35,267 nucleotides of DNA, from positions 1-35,267 of the forward strand of contig JAQVVK010000001.1 in assembly GCA_028698975.1 (NCBI GenBank), in the 5' to 3' direction. Both the position numbers and the translations under genes were made by a program. Position 1 is the first letter of the stretch. Each line of letters starts with the position of its first letter. The stretch is from Victivallaceae bacterium. Lineage in GTDB: Bacteria; Verrucomicrobiota; Lentisphaeria; Victivallales; Victivallaceae. Below are positions 17,100-26,220 of this stretch, one piece after another. A model generated the notes under the pieces. It made no database searches and was not told where the DNA came from. It saw only the letters and a program-made list of their open reading frames with translations.

Positions 17100-18026
17100 A
17101 TGACCCCGCCTGTGCCGCAACGATTTGCCAAGACCGCGCCCCGCGCCGACGGCGGCCCGGCCCGCCGCCGCCGTATTTGGTGCGCGGTGCTGATAATTCA
17201 TGTCGCGATATTGATCGGGCCGTTGTTTCTGGTCGGATTGCTCGACTACTTCAAGCCGCGCAAAGAGAATATGTTTCGGGTCAAGATCGGCGGGCGCGAG
17301 CTGTCGCACGATTATATTGTGGGGCAGCCGATGCGTACCCGGCCGACGGCGGACGCCAAAGCGGGCACCGACCGGCCGACGGAGCCCGCGCCTCCGCCCG
17401 CGCCCAAACCGGTTGAGCCTAAAGTCGATGAGGCGGCGGTAAAACGGGCGGCCGAAAAAGTCGCGGTGGAAAAGCGTCTTGCCGAGAAAAAGCGTCTTGC
17501 CGAGAAGAAACTTCAGGAAAAACGCATCGCCGATAAAAAACGTCTTGCCGAAAAACAGCGCAAAGAGCGCGAAGCCAAGCGTCAGGCCGAGGCCAAACGG
17601 CAGGCGGAAGCCAAGCGTCAGGCTGCCGAAAACGAGCGTTTGCGGCAGGCGGTTTACAACCCCAACCGCAACGTGCCGATCGGCCCCCGCAATCAGGGGC
17701 AGGAGTACGGCAAGCCCGACAACCGCACTCCCGGCGGCGGAGCCAACGAGCGGCTTGAAGATTACGCCAGCAAACTTTTGGCTCCATTCATCAAGAGCCG
17801 GTGGACTCAGCCGGAGGGTGTCTTTTTGCGCGGATCGCGCCCGTCGGTTGGGATCGAGCTTGACATAGCCTCCGACGGCAACGTGATAAGTGCCAAGCTG
17901 GTACGCCCGTGCGGGGTGGCGGCAATGGATGGGTCGGTAAAAAGACTGCTGGAAAATCTCACCACCGTGCCGACGCCGCCGGGTGGCCGGGTGTCGCTTG
18001 AATTTGAATTGGCGGTTGACGACTGA
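17100..18026 (+). CDS. TolA/TonB-like energy transducer
   Basis: N-terminal TM with His (VLIIHVAIL), Pro-rich linker, A/K/E-rich coiled coil, TonB_C-like C-terminal domain (IKSRW...DGNV). Confidence 0.8.
   Translation: MTPPVPQRFAKTAPRADGGPARRRRIWCAVLIIHVAILIGPLFLVGLLDYFKPRKENMFRVKIGGRELSHDYIVGQPMRTRPTADAKAGTDRPTEPAPPPAPKPVEPKVDEAAVKRAAEKVAVEKRLAEKKRLAEKKLQEKRIADKKRLAEKQRKEREAKRQAEAKRQAEAKRQAAENERLRQAVYNPNRNVPIGPRNQGQEYGKPDNRTPGGGANERLEDYASKLLAPFIKSRWTQPEGVFLRGSRPSVGIELDIASDGNVISAKLVRPCGVAAMDGSVKRLLENLTTVPTPPGGRVSLEFELAVDD
17471..17624 (+). repeat. Coding 18-bp tandem repeats in the TolA helical domain
   Basis: aaagcgtcttgccgagaa twice, perfect (17471-17506, KRLAEK); three EAKRQA units at 17571-17624. 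Confidence 0.8.
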
Positions 18027-18058
18027 ACATGACGCCGCCGTATTGGGGACAATGACTT

Positions 18059-21000
18059 ATGCGTCAGATGATTTTACCGGACTGCGCCATTTTTTACGCC
18101 GGAGACGCGGTGACATTTCGCGTTGAGGGTTTTGACCCGGTCTGGGGCCGGCCGGTCGTGCGCACCAACATCGGCCGCGCCGCGGTGCGGCGTGACGAAC
18201 TCATCGCCCGCACCCGCGAAGACAAGGCGATTTCCGGCCTTGACTGGCATGACATCGAGCTGGCGGCCTGCGGCGGCGGAGCCGCCGAAATCACGCTGGC
18301 ATTGGTCGAACCCGGTGACTTCGAGGCCAAGTGCTGCGTGGTGCCGTTCGGCGCGGGTCAGGTGCTGTGGGCCGACGGCGATAACATACATCTGAAAGTG
18401 GAACCGGCTTCGACGGTCGGCGGCAACTCGATGTATTCGGCCTTTGTGCGGCAGTTTCGACCCGGCATGGAGGCAACTTCGTCGGCCGCTCCGGCTTGCG
18501 ATCTCGACCGGCTCGACCGCGACGGATATACGGTTATACCGCCATCCGGCACGTTTCGGAAACTTGCGGCGAAGCTCGACCACATCATGGGCGACCTCGG
18601 CTGCCGCATTGTCCAACTTTTGCCGGTGCATCCGACGCCGACGTCTTTCGGGCGCATGGGGCGTTACGGCAGTCCGTTTGCGGCGACCGACTATTTTGCG
18701 GTGGATCCGGCTCTGGCCGACTTTGACCCGACCGCGACGCCGATGGAGCAGTTTAAAGAACTGGTCGACGCCGTACATGCCCACAACGGACGCATATTTA
18801 TGGATATACCGGTCAACCACACCGGGTGGGCGTCGAAACTGCAATCGGAGCACCCCGACTATTTTGTGCGCTCCGCCGACGGCAAATTTGAAAGCCCCGG
18901 CGCGTGGGGCGTGGTCTGGGCCGATCTCTGCAAACTCAATTACCGCGACGGCCGGGTGCACGAACTTATGGCGCAGGTGTTTCGTTTCTGGTGCCGGCGC
19001 GGAGTGGACGGCTTTCGCTGCGACGCCGGGTACATGCTGCCGGCCGAGGCTTGGAGTTACATCACCGCGGCGGTGCGTACCGAGTACCCGGACACCGTGT
19101 TTTTGCTGGAGGGGCTGGGCGGACTGATCTCGGTGCAGGAGGAGTTGTTGACGCGGCGCGGACTTGACTGGGGGTATTCGGAACTGTTTCAAAATTACAC
19201 CCGCGACCAGATAACCGCCTATCTGCCCTATGCGGTCGGGTGTTCGTGCCGCTGCGGCACGCTGGTCAACTTCGCCGAAACCCATGACAACAACCGGCTG
19301 GCCGCCACGTCGCGGGTCTACGCGAAACTGCGGTTTGCGGTGGCCGCGCTGACCGCCGGCAACGGCGCGTTCGGATTTGCCAACGGCGCGGAATTTTTTG
19401 CGACCGAGAAGATCGACGTGCACGGCTGCGGCGCACTCAACTGGGGGGCGTCGCCCAATCTGGTCGATTTTGCCGCCCGCCTCAACCGGGTGCTTGCCAC
19501 CCACCCCGCGTTTGGCCGCGGCAGCCGCATCGAACCGGTGCAGAACGGCCCCGGAAACGTGCTGGCGGTGCGTCGCACTCCGGCGGCGGATGAGGCGGCG
19601 GGGCGCATTGTGCTTGCCCTGTTTAACCTTGACTGCGACAACGCCGGGGAAATATGCTGGCCAACTTTCATCACCCCGGATCGCGGATTTGACCTTTTAA
19701 GCGGGGGAAGCGCGTCATTTGAGCGTGACGGCGAAAATTACAAACTCCGGATCGAACCCGGCGGCAGCCGTTGTTTCGTCTTTGACGACTGGCGTTTGCC
19801 GGAAGAAAAACGGTTCGCCGAGGCCGCAACCGTATTGCGCCAACGCGCCGACGCCATGGCCCGCCGGTCGGCGGTGAAGTTCTGCGGCGTCGCCGCCGCC
19901 GGAGCGTTGAAGCGGCCGGGCGCGGAGTTTCTCGCCGCACCGGAGAAGTTCATCGAGAAGATTTCCGGCGCGGCCCCGGCCCCGCTTGCCCATTGGCGCA
20001 CCGGACGCGACGAGCGGCGCGAAGTCATGCTTGCTCCGGGCGATGTTTTGCTGATCGAAAGCCGGTCCCGGTTTCATGCCGAGCTGCGGCTTGACGACCG
20101 CGCCATCGATGCGGCGACGAGCCTTGCCGACGACGGTGGCCGCCACGTCGCGCTTTTGCTGCCGCCCGAAAACGAGGGCGGGCGGGAGCGGCGGCTCCGG
20201 CTCACCGTGGCGATTTACGACCGTGACGGCTCCACCCGGCGCACGAGGGGCGAGATCGTGCAACTGGCGGCCGGCGGTCGCCGCCGCATTGCGCTTAACA
20301 GTTCGTCAAGACAGGTGCAGGACGGTCATCTGCATGTATTTACCGCCAACAACCGGGGCGGTTATGCTTTTTTTCCGGCGGCATGGGGTACGATTTCAAG
20401 CAAATACCATGCGATACTGGCCGCCAATGCCAGTGCCGACTACCCGACCGACCGGTATAACATGTTTACCCGCTGCCGGTCGTGGATAACCGTAAAAGGG
20501 TACTCCCAGGAGATCGAGCTGGATTCACTGGTGAGTTTTCACTCCGGCGGCGACAACCGCGCCCGCTGGGAATATCTGTCGCCCGCCGGTCAGGGCTGCC
20601 GGGTGCCGCTGGAGATCGACTTCGCCGGTGCGCTCGACGCCAATCAGATCAGGATCCGTTTTCACCGCCGGTTGTCGGAGGGCGCGCCGGGGTTGCTCGA
20701 AGATGCTTCGCCGATCCGCATTGTGCTGCGCCCCGATGTTGAAGACCGGGTCAATCACGAAGTGACCAAGGCGTTTCGCGGCGAGGAGGGGCGTTTCCGG
20801 TCGGCGGTACAAGCTTACGGCGACGGTTTCGACTTCGCGCCCGATGTGCGCAAGCTGTCGCTGCGGGTGCCGGGCGGCCGGTTTGTGCGCGAGGACGAGT
20901 GGCACTACATGGTCGATCTGCCCGACGAGCGTTATTACGGGATGGAGGACAAGACCGATCTTTTCAGCCCCGGATATTTTGAATTTATACTTAAAGGCGG

Positions 21001-22276
21001 CGAAACTTGCACGCTTGAGGCGTCGGTGTCGCTGCCGGGATTTGATCCAGCCCAAGTCTCGTGGCCGGTCGACGGGGATTATCCGGCCGACGTCGCGCCG
21101 CACGACCTCTTTAATGAATCCATGCGCCGCTATGTGGTCAAACGCGACGAATTCAGTACGGTGATCGCCGGATATCCGTGGTTTCTCGACTGGGGTCGCG
21201 ATACCTTGATCGTATTGCGCGGACTGGTGACCGGAGGTTTCCGCGCCGAAACCGCGGCGGTAATCCGCCAGTTTGCCTCGTTTGAGCGCAACGGCACCAT
21301 CCCCAATATGATCCGCGGCAAGGACGACCGCAACCGCGACACCAGCGACGCCCCGCTTTATCTGGCGGTGGCGGCCCGCGATTATGTCAGGGCGGCAAGA
21401 TCGGAAAAACTGCTTGACGCCGATTGCGGCGGCCGATCGCTGCGGCAGGTCATCACTTCGATCCTCGACAATTATTGGTCGGGTACGCCCAACGGGATTG
21501 CGGCGGATCAGGAGTCCGGACTGGTTTTCAGCCCGTCGCATTTTACTTGGATGGACACCAACTTCCCGGCCGGCACTCCCCGCGAGGGTTACCCGGTCGA
21601 AATACAGGCTCTCTGGTACGCCGCGCTGGAATTCGCCTCCGGCTGGGAGCCGCGCTTCGGCAAGATCGCCAAACTGGTGCGCGACACGATTTCGCGCCGC
21701 TTTTTCGGCTCCGGCAACGGTTGCGCCGCCGACTGCCTCCACGCATCACGCGGAGTGCCCGCCGCGCAGGCGGTCGCCGACGATCACATTCGCCCGAATC
21801 AGCTCTTGCTTATAACCCTTGGCGCGGTGACCGACCGTGCCGGTCAACTGGCCATATTGAACGGCTGTGAGGAGTTGCTTGCTCCGGGGTGCATCCGCAC
21901 CCTGGCCGACCGCCCGGTGGATTATATGCTGCCGATCGACCTCAACGGCCGGCGGCTTAACGACCCGGCGCACCCTTATTGGGGGCATTACCGCGGGCCG
22001 GAGGATACGTCGCGCAAACCCGCCTATCACAACGGCACGGCCTGGTGCTGGCCGTTTCCGGCCTATTGCGAGGCGTTGTTGATGACCGGCGGAGCACCCC
22101 AGCGCGAACGCGCACTGGCGTTGCTGCTGTCGATGGCGCATTTCTTTGAATCGGGCGTACCCGGCCATGCGCCGGAGGTGGCCGACGGCGACGCTCCGCA
22201 CACGGCGGGCGGGTGTCTGGCGCAGGCGTGGAGTGTGTCGGAGTTCTTCCGGGTGCTCGCTTTGCTGAAAAAATAG
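18059..22276 (+). CDS. Bifunctional glycogen debranching enzyme-like protein: GH13 domain + amylo-alpha-1,6-glucosidase (GDE_N/GDE_C)
   Basis: GH13 regions DIPVNH, GFRCDAGY, LLEGL, AETHDN; GDE_C motifs AGYPWFLDWGRDT, TWMD, VEIQALWY, IRPNQ, YHNGTAW, GCLAQAWS. Confidence 0.9.
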   Translation: MRQMILPDCAIFYAGDAVTFRVEGFDPVWGRPVVRTNIGRAAVRRDELIARTREDKAISGLDWHDIELAACGGGAAEITLALVEPGDFEAKCCVVPFGAGQVLWADGDNIHLKVEPASTVGGNSMYSAFVRQFRPGMEATSSAAPACDLDRLDRDGYTVIPPSGTFRKLAAKLDHIMGDLGCRIVQLLPVHPTPTSFGRMGRYGSPFAATDYFAVDPALADFDPTATPMEQFKELVDAVHAHNGRIFMDIPVNHTGWASKLQSEHPDYFVRSADGKFESPGAWGVVWADLCKLNYRDGRVHELMAQVFRFWCRRGVDGFRCDAGYMLPAEAWSYITAAVRTEYPDTVFLLEGLGGLISVQEELLTRRGLDWGYSELFQNYTRDQITAYLPYAVGCSCRCGTLVNFAETHDNNRLAATSRVYAKLRFAVAALTAGNGAFGFANGAEFFATEKIDVHGCGALNWGASPNLVDFAARLNRVLATHPAFGRGSRIEPVQNGPGNVLAVRRTPAADEAAGRIVLALFNLDCDNAGEICWPTFITPDRGFDLLSGGSASFERDGENYKLRIEPGGSRCFVFDDWRLPEEKRFAEAATVLRQRADAMARRSAVKFCGVAAAGALKRPGAEFLAAPEKFIEKISGAAPAPLAHWRTGRDERREVMLAPGDVLLIESRSRFHAELRLDDRAIDAATSLADDGGRHVALLLPPENEGGRERRLRLTVAIYDRDGSTRRTRGEIVQLAAGGRRRIALNSSSRQVQDGHLHVFTANNRGGYAFFPAAWGTISSKYHAILAANASADYPTDRYNMFTRCRSWITVKGYSQEIELDSLVSFHSGGDNRARWEYLSPAGQGCRVPLEIDFAGALDANQIRIRFHRRLSEGAPGLLEDASPIRIVLRPDVEDRVNHEVTKAFRGEEGRFRSAVQAYGDGFDFAPDVRKLSLRVPGGRFVREDEWHYMVDLPDERYYGMEDKTDLFSPGYFEFILKGGETCTLEASVSLPGFDPAQVSWPVDGDYPADVAPHDLFNESMRRYVVKRDEFSTVIAGYPWFLDWGRDTLIVLRGLVTGGFRAETAAVIRQFASFERNGTIPNMIRGKDDRNRDTSDAPLYLAVAARDYVRAARSEKLLDADCGGRSLRQVITSILDNYWSGTPNGIAADQESGLVFSPSHFTWMDTNFPAGTPREGYPVEIQALWYAALEFASGWEPRFGKIAKLVRDTISRRFFGSGNGCAADCLHASRGVPAAQAVADDHIRPNQLLLITLGAVTDRAGQLAILNGCEELLAPGCIRTLADRPVDYMLPIDLNGRRLNDPAHPYWGHYRGPEDTSRKPAYHNGTAWCWPFPAYCEALLMTGGAPQRERALALLLSMAHFFESGVPGHAPEVADGDAPHTAGGCLAQAWSVSEFFRVLALLKK

Positions 22277-22368
22277 TTCCGCCGCCGCAATAAAAATCAT
22301 TATTCTGCGTTAGATCGATATATATTGTATTTAGTCGGTTAAGATTTCTTTGAGGAGAGCACAACCAA

Positions 22369-23703
22369 ATGAAGAAGTTGTTTAAGCAACTGGCCGTACT
22401 GCTGGTCATCGTTGCGATCATTGCAGGCGCGCTGGCGGCGTGGAAATACTTTTTATCACCCCGGGCCGGCTATCGGCTGGTCACCGAAACCATCGGGCGC
22501 GGCGACCTCGCCGCCACGATCGGAGCCACCGGCACGGTCGAACCCGAGGAGCTGGTAAATGTGGGGGCGCAGGTCGGCGGCATGGTTACCGAGTTCGGGC
22601 ATGACGCTTCCGGCCGGGAGGTGGATTACGGTTCGCAGGTCAAGGCGGGCATGAAACTTGCCCAGATCGACGACTCGCTTTATCAGGTGGCTCTGCGCGA
22701 GGCGCAGGCGGAGAAACTTCAGGCCGCCGCCGCCGTGCAGAGTGCCGAGGCCGACATCAAACAGTCGGCGGCCAAACTTACGCTGGCGGAGAGCAACTGG
22801 AAACGCGCCGAGGATCTCTGGCCCAAAAAAGCGATCGCCCGCAATGAATACGACGCCTGTCTTTCCGACTTTGTAACATCCAAAGCGGCGGTGGCGGTAA
22901 GCGAGGCCATGCTGGCGACCGCCAAGGCCAAACTCGCTTCGGCCGAGGCGGCGGTGGATCGCGCCGAACGCAATCTCGGGTATTGTGTAATCAGTTCGCC
23001 GGTTGACGGGGTCATCATCGACCGGAGAGTAAGCATCGGGCAGACGGTCAATTCAAGCATGAGTGCGCCCAGTCTGTTTCTGATCGCCAAGGACTTGCGC
23101 CGCATGCAGGTCTGGGTCTCGGTAAACGAAGCCGACGTCGGCAGCATAAAGACCAATATGCCGGTGGTGTTCACCGTGGACACCTTTCCCGACCGCAAGT
23201 TCGTCGGCACGGTGCACAAGGTGCGGCTTAACGCCACCATGTCGCAGAATGTGGTGACGTTTGTGGTCGAAGTCGCCACCGACAACTCCGACGGCACGCT
23301 GCTGCCCTATCTTACCGCGACGGTGAAGTTCATTCGCGAACAGCGCAAAAATGTACTCACAGTGAGTAACGCCGCCTTGCGTTTCCTGCCCGACTCCGGC
23401 TTGGTCGGCCCCGCCGACCGCGAGATTTACTGCGAACTTCTGGCCGGCAAGATGCGTAGCGGCCGGGAACGGGTGGTCTGGGTCGATCAGGGCAATGGCG
23501 CGATCCGGGCCGAAAAACTTGAGATCGGCATCGGCGACGGCGTAAACAACGAAGTGCTTTCCGGCGGCTTGAACGAGGGTGACCTGGTGGTCACCGCCGC
23601 CGTGGCGGTCGAGGACGTTGACAAGGTTGAATCGGTCAAAGCCGACGCCGGAAGTCCGTTTCTGCCCAAAATGCCGCATCGCCGCTCCGCCAACAAAAAG
23701 TAG
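22369..23703 (+). CDS. MacA-like efflux periplasmic adaptor (membrane fusion protein)
   Basis: N-terminal TM anchor, VNVGAQVGG, alpha-hairpin, ISSPVDG, IGQTV, VNEADVG; GAGGAG RBS. Confidence 0.9.
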   Translation: MKKLFKQLAVLLVIVAIIAGALAAWKYFLSPRAGYRLVTETIGRGDLAATIGATGTVEPEELVNVGAQVGGMVTEFGHDASGREVDYGSQVKAGMKLAQIDDSLYQVALREAQAEKLQAAAAVQSAEADIKQSAAKLTLAESNWKRAEDLWPKKAIARNEYDACLSDFVTSKAAVAVSEAMLATAKAKLASAEAAVDRAERNLGYCVISSPVDGVIIDRRVSIGQTVNSSMSAPSLFLIAKDLRRMQVWVSVNEADVGSIKTNMPVVFTVDTFPDRKFVGTVHKVRLNATMSQNVVTFVVEVATDNSDGTLLPYLTATVKFIREQRKNVLTVSNAALRFLPDSGLVGPADREIYCELLAGKMRSGRERVVWVDQGNGAIRAEKLEIGIGDGVNNEVLSGGLNEGDLVVTAAVAVEDVDKVESVKADAGSPFLPKMPHRRSANKK

Positions 23704-23712
23704 GTCGCCGAT

Positions 23713-24411
23713 ATGCTGATCGAGCTTAAAGACATTCGCAAGACCTATTTTCTCGGCGAGATCGACGTGCCGGTGTTGAAAGGGATTTCGCTCGGGATCG
23801 ACCGCGGGGAATATGTCGCGCTTATGGGAGCCTCCGGCTCCGGCAAGAGCACGCTCATGAATATCCTTGGCTGTCTCGACCGCCCCACCGGCGGCAGTTA
23901 TCTGCTTGACGGCGAGGAGGTCGGCGGAGCCGACAACGACCGCCGGGCCGAGGTGAGAAACAAGCTGATCGGGTTTGTGTTTCAGAACTTCAACCTTCTG
24001 CCCCGCACCAGCGCGCTCGACAACGTGATAATGCCTCTGGCCTACACGGCGGGCAAACTCTCCGGGCGCGAGTGCCGCCGCCGCGGCGTCGAAATGCTTG
24101 AGCGGGTCGGGCTGGCCGACCGCATGCACCATTACCCGTCGCAGCTTTCCGGCGGCCAGCAGCAGCGGGTGGCGATCGCCCGTGCGCTCATCAACCACCC
24201 GCCGGTGTTGTTTGCCGACGAGCCGACCGGCAACTTGGACTCGCACACCAGCGAGGAGGTCATGGAGATGTTTGGCAAGCTCAACGCCGAGGGGATCACG
24301 GTGATTTTGGTCACTCACGCGCTGGAAGTCGCGGAGCGGGCCGGTCGCATCATCCACATACACGACGGCCGCATTGTCACCGGCGCGTTTGAGCGCGGAG
24401 GTGACAAATGA
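23713..24411 (+). CDS. ABC transporter ATP-binding protein (MacB/LolD-like)
   Basis: [44 protein letters not shown]. Confidence 0.95.
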   Translation: MLIELKDIRKTYFLGEIDVPVLKGISLGIDRGEYVALMGASGSGKSTLMNILGCLDRPTGGSYLLDGEEVGGADNDRRAEVRNKLIGFVFQNFNLLPRTSALDNVIMPLAYTAGKLSGRECRRRGVEMLERVGLADRMHHYPSQLSGGQQQRVAIARALINHPPVLFADEPTGNLDSHTSEEVMEMFGKLNAEGITVILVTHALEVAERAGRIIHIHDGRIVTGAFERGGDK

Positions 24412-25766
24412 GCATGATCGGCACCATTATCGTCGCGCTCAAAGCCCTGCGCCGGAATCCGATGCGGGCGATGTTGACCACGCTCGGCATTGTGATCGGC
24501 ATTGCGGCGGTGATCGCCATGATGGAGATCGGCAGCGGTTCGTCGAATTCGATCCGCAAAAGTATTGAAAAAATGGGCGCAAACTGCATAATGGTGATGC
24601 CGGGAGCGTTTCGCATGGGCGGGGTGAGTCAGGGGTCGGGTTCGACCATGTCGCTCACCCCGGAGGATTGCGAGGCGGTGCTTCGCGAGTGCGTCAACGT
24701 CGGCAAGGCGGTGCCGGTGGTCAATGCGCGCGGCAAGCAGGCGGTGGCGGGCAACCTCAACTATTCGCCCAACAACATCATCGGCACCGGCCCGGATTTT
24801 CTCTCGATTCGCAACTGGGAAATCGGCGAGGGGCGGGCCTTCTCCGACCGTGAAGTCGATGAGCGGTCGCGGGTGTGTCTGGTGGGTGCGACCATTGTGC
24901 GCGAATTATTCAACGGTCAGTCACCGATCGATTGCGAACTTCGCATACAAAACGTCACCTTCAAGGTCATCGGCGTGCTGAAAAGCAAGGGAGCCAACAT
25001 GATGGGCGGCGACGAGGACGATGTGGTCATCGCCCCGTGGACGACCGTACGGCTGCGGGTGACCGGCCTGAAATACGGCAGTGCCACCAGCACGACCAGC
25101 AAGGCGGCCACTACGCCGAGCGAACTTTATCCCGGCTCCGGCGTCGCGCTTTATCCGGAGGAAAAAGACAATCTGCGCACCGACACATTGCTGATACCGC
25201 GTTTTATCCAGATCGACCAGATCGTGCTGACCGCCACCGCTCCGGAGCGGGTTGACGCGGCCATCGGCGAATTGACCGCGCTGTTGCGCGAACGCCACAA
25301 ACTCAAGCCGGAGGACGCCGACGACTTCTGGATACGCAATTCGGCAGAGTTCATGACCACGATAACCAACACCTCCAAGGTGATGACCAATCTGCTGCTT
25401 TGCGTGGCGTTGATCTCTCTGGTCGTGGGCGGCGTGGGCATTATGAACATCATGCTGGTCTCGGTCACCGAGCGCACCCGTGAAATCGGTCTGCGCATGG
25501 CGGTGGGGGCGAGATCGACCGATATTCTGCGCCAGTTTCTGATCGAATCGATCACGCTGTGTCTGGTCGGCGGGGCGATCGGCATCATGCTCGGCCACGG
25601 CGCCGCGCTGCTGGTGGAAAGTCAGTTGGGCTGGCCGATCGAGTCCAGTCCGGGCGCGGTGGCGGCGGCGGTGATCGTTTCGGCCGGGGTCGGTATTGTG
25701 TTCGGTTTCTACCCGGCGTGGAAGGCGTCGCGTCTTGACCCGATCGACGCGCTTCACTACGAATAG
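24408..25766 (+). CDS. ABC transporter permease (MacB/FtsX family)
   Basis: LTTLGIVIGIAAV, GGVGIMNIMLVSVTERTREIGLRMAVGA, FGFYPAWKASRLDPIDAL. Confidence 0.95.
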   Translation: MSMIGTIIVALKALRRNPMRAMLTTLGIVIGIAAVIAMMEIGSGSSNSIRKSIEKMGANCIMVMPGAFRMGGVSQGSGSTMSLTPEDCEAVLRECVNVGKAVPVVNARGKQAVAGNLNYSPNNIIGTGPDFLSIRNWEIGEGRAFSDREVDERSRVCLVGATIVRELFNGQSPIDCELRIQNVTFKVIGVLKSKGANMMGGDEDDVVIAPWTTVRLRVTGLKYGSATSTTSKAATTPSELYPGSGVALYPEEKDNLRTDTLLIPRFIQIDQIVLTATAPERVDAAIGELTALLRERHKLKPEDADDFWIRNSAEFMTTITNTSKVMTNLLLCVALISLVVGGVGIMNIMLVSVTERTREIGLRMAVGARSTDILRQFLIESITLCLVGGAIGIMLGHGAALLVESQLGWPIESSPGAVAAAVIVSAGVGIVFGFYPAWKASRLDPIDALHYE

Positions 25767-25770
25767 AGCG

Positions 25771-26220
25771 TTATTTTTGCGCGCCCTCGCGGTGATAACC
25801 GCCGCCGTGCAGTATGCTCACGCCGCGAAAGAGTTGCTCGTAGAGCAGCAGCCTTGCCATTTCGTGGGTAAAGGTGAGTTTGGAGAGCGACCACAAGAGG
25901 GTGGCTCTCATTTTTACTTCCGGCGTCAGACCGTCCGGGCCTCCGATGACAAAGACCAGTTTGCGGTCGGCCGCGCCGAGGCGGCGGGCAAATTCCACGC
26001 TGGTGAATTGACGGCCTTCCTCGCTTAAAACGATCACTTCGGCGTCGCGGTCGCGGGAAATCGCCTTGAGAATGACTTCGCTCTCCGCGGCCGGGGTGGA
26101 GTCGTTGATCTCAAGTTGTTCAAGTTTGGCGTAGGGCGACAGCCATTTGGCAAATTCGTCGCAGCGCGATTTGACGGAGCGGTCTTTGAGTTTGCCGACG
26201 ACGACGATCTTAATCAGCAT
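25771..26220 (-). CDS. rlmH: 23S rRNA (pseudouridine1915-N3)-methyltransferase RlmH
   Basis: VGKLK, FVIGGPDG, SLSKLTFTHEMARLLLYEQLFR, YH terminus. Confidence 0.94.
   Translation of the reverse strand: MLIKIVVVGKLKDRSVKSRCDEFAKWLSPYAKLEQLEINDSTPAAESEVILKAISRDRDAEVIVLSEEGRQFTSVEFARRLGAADRKLVFVIGGPDGLTPEVKMRATLLWSLSKLTFTHEMARLLLYEQLFRGVSILHGGGYHREGAQK

Noticed and set aside
17471-17624. Tandem repeats as a possible CRISPR array
   Set aside because: Repeats are contiguous, in frame and encode the TolA coiled coil; no spacers or cas genes.
23701-23715. macA TAG is in frame with the downstream ATPase ATG (possible readthrough fusion)
   Set aside because: One-in-three chance event; fusing a periplasmic C-terminus to a cytoplasmic ATPase is topologically implausible.
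7864-25766. Genome-wide amber recoding or pyrrolysine as an explanation of the Dus TAG
   Set aside because: TAG ends the debranching enzyme (22276), macA (23703) and the permease (25766) at natural C-termini; no pyl genes in the window.
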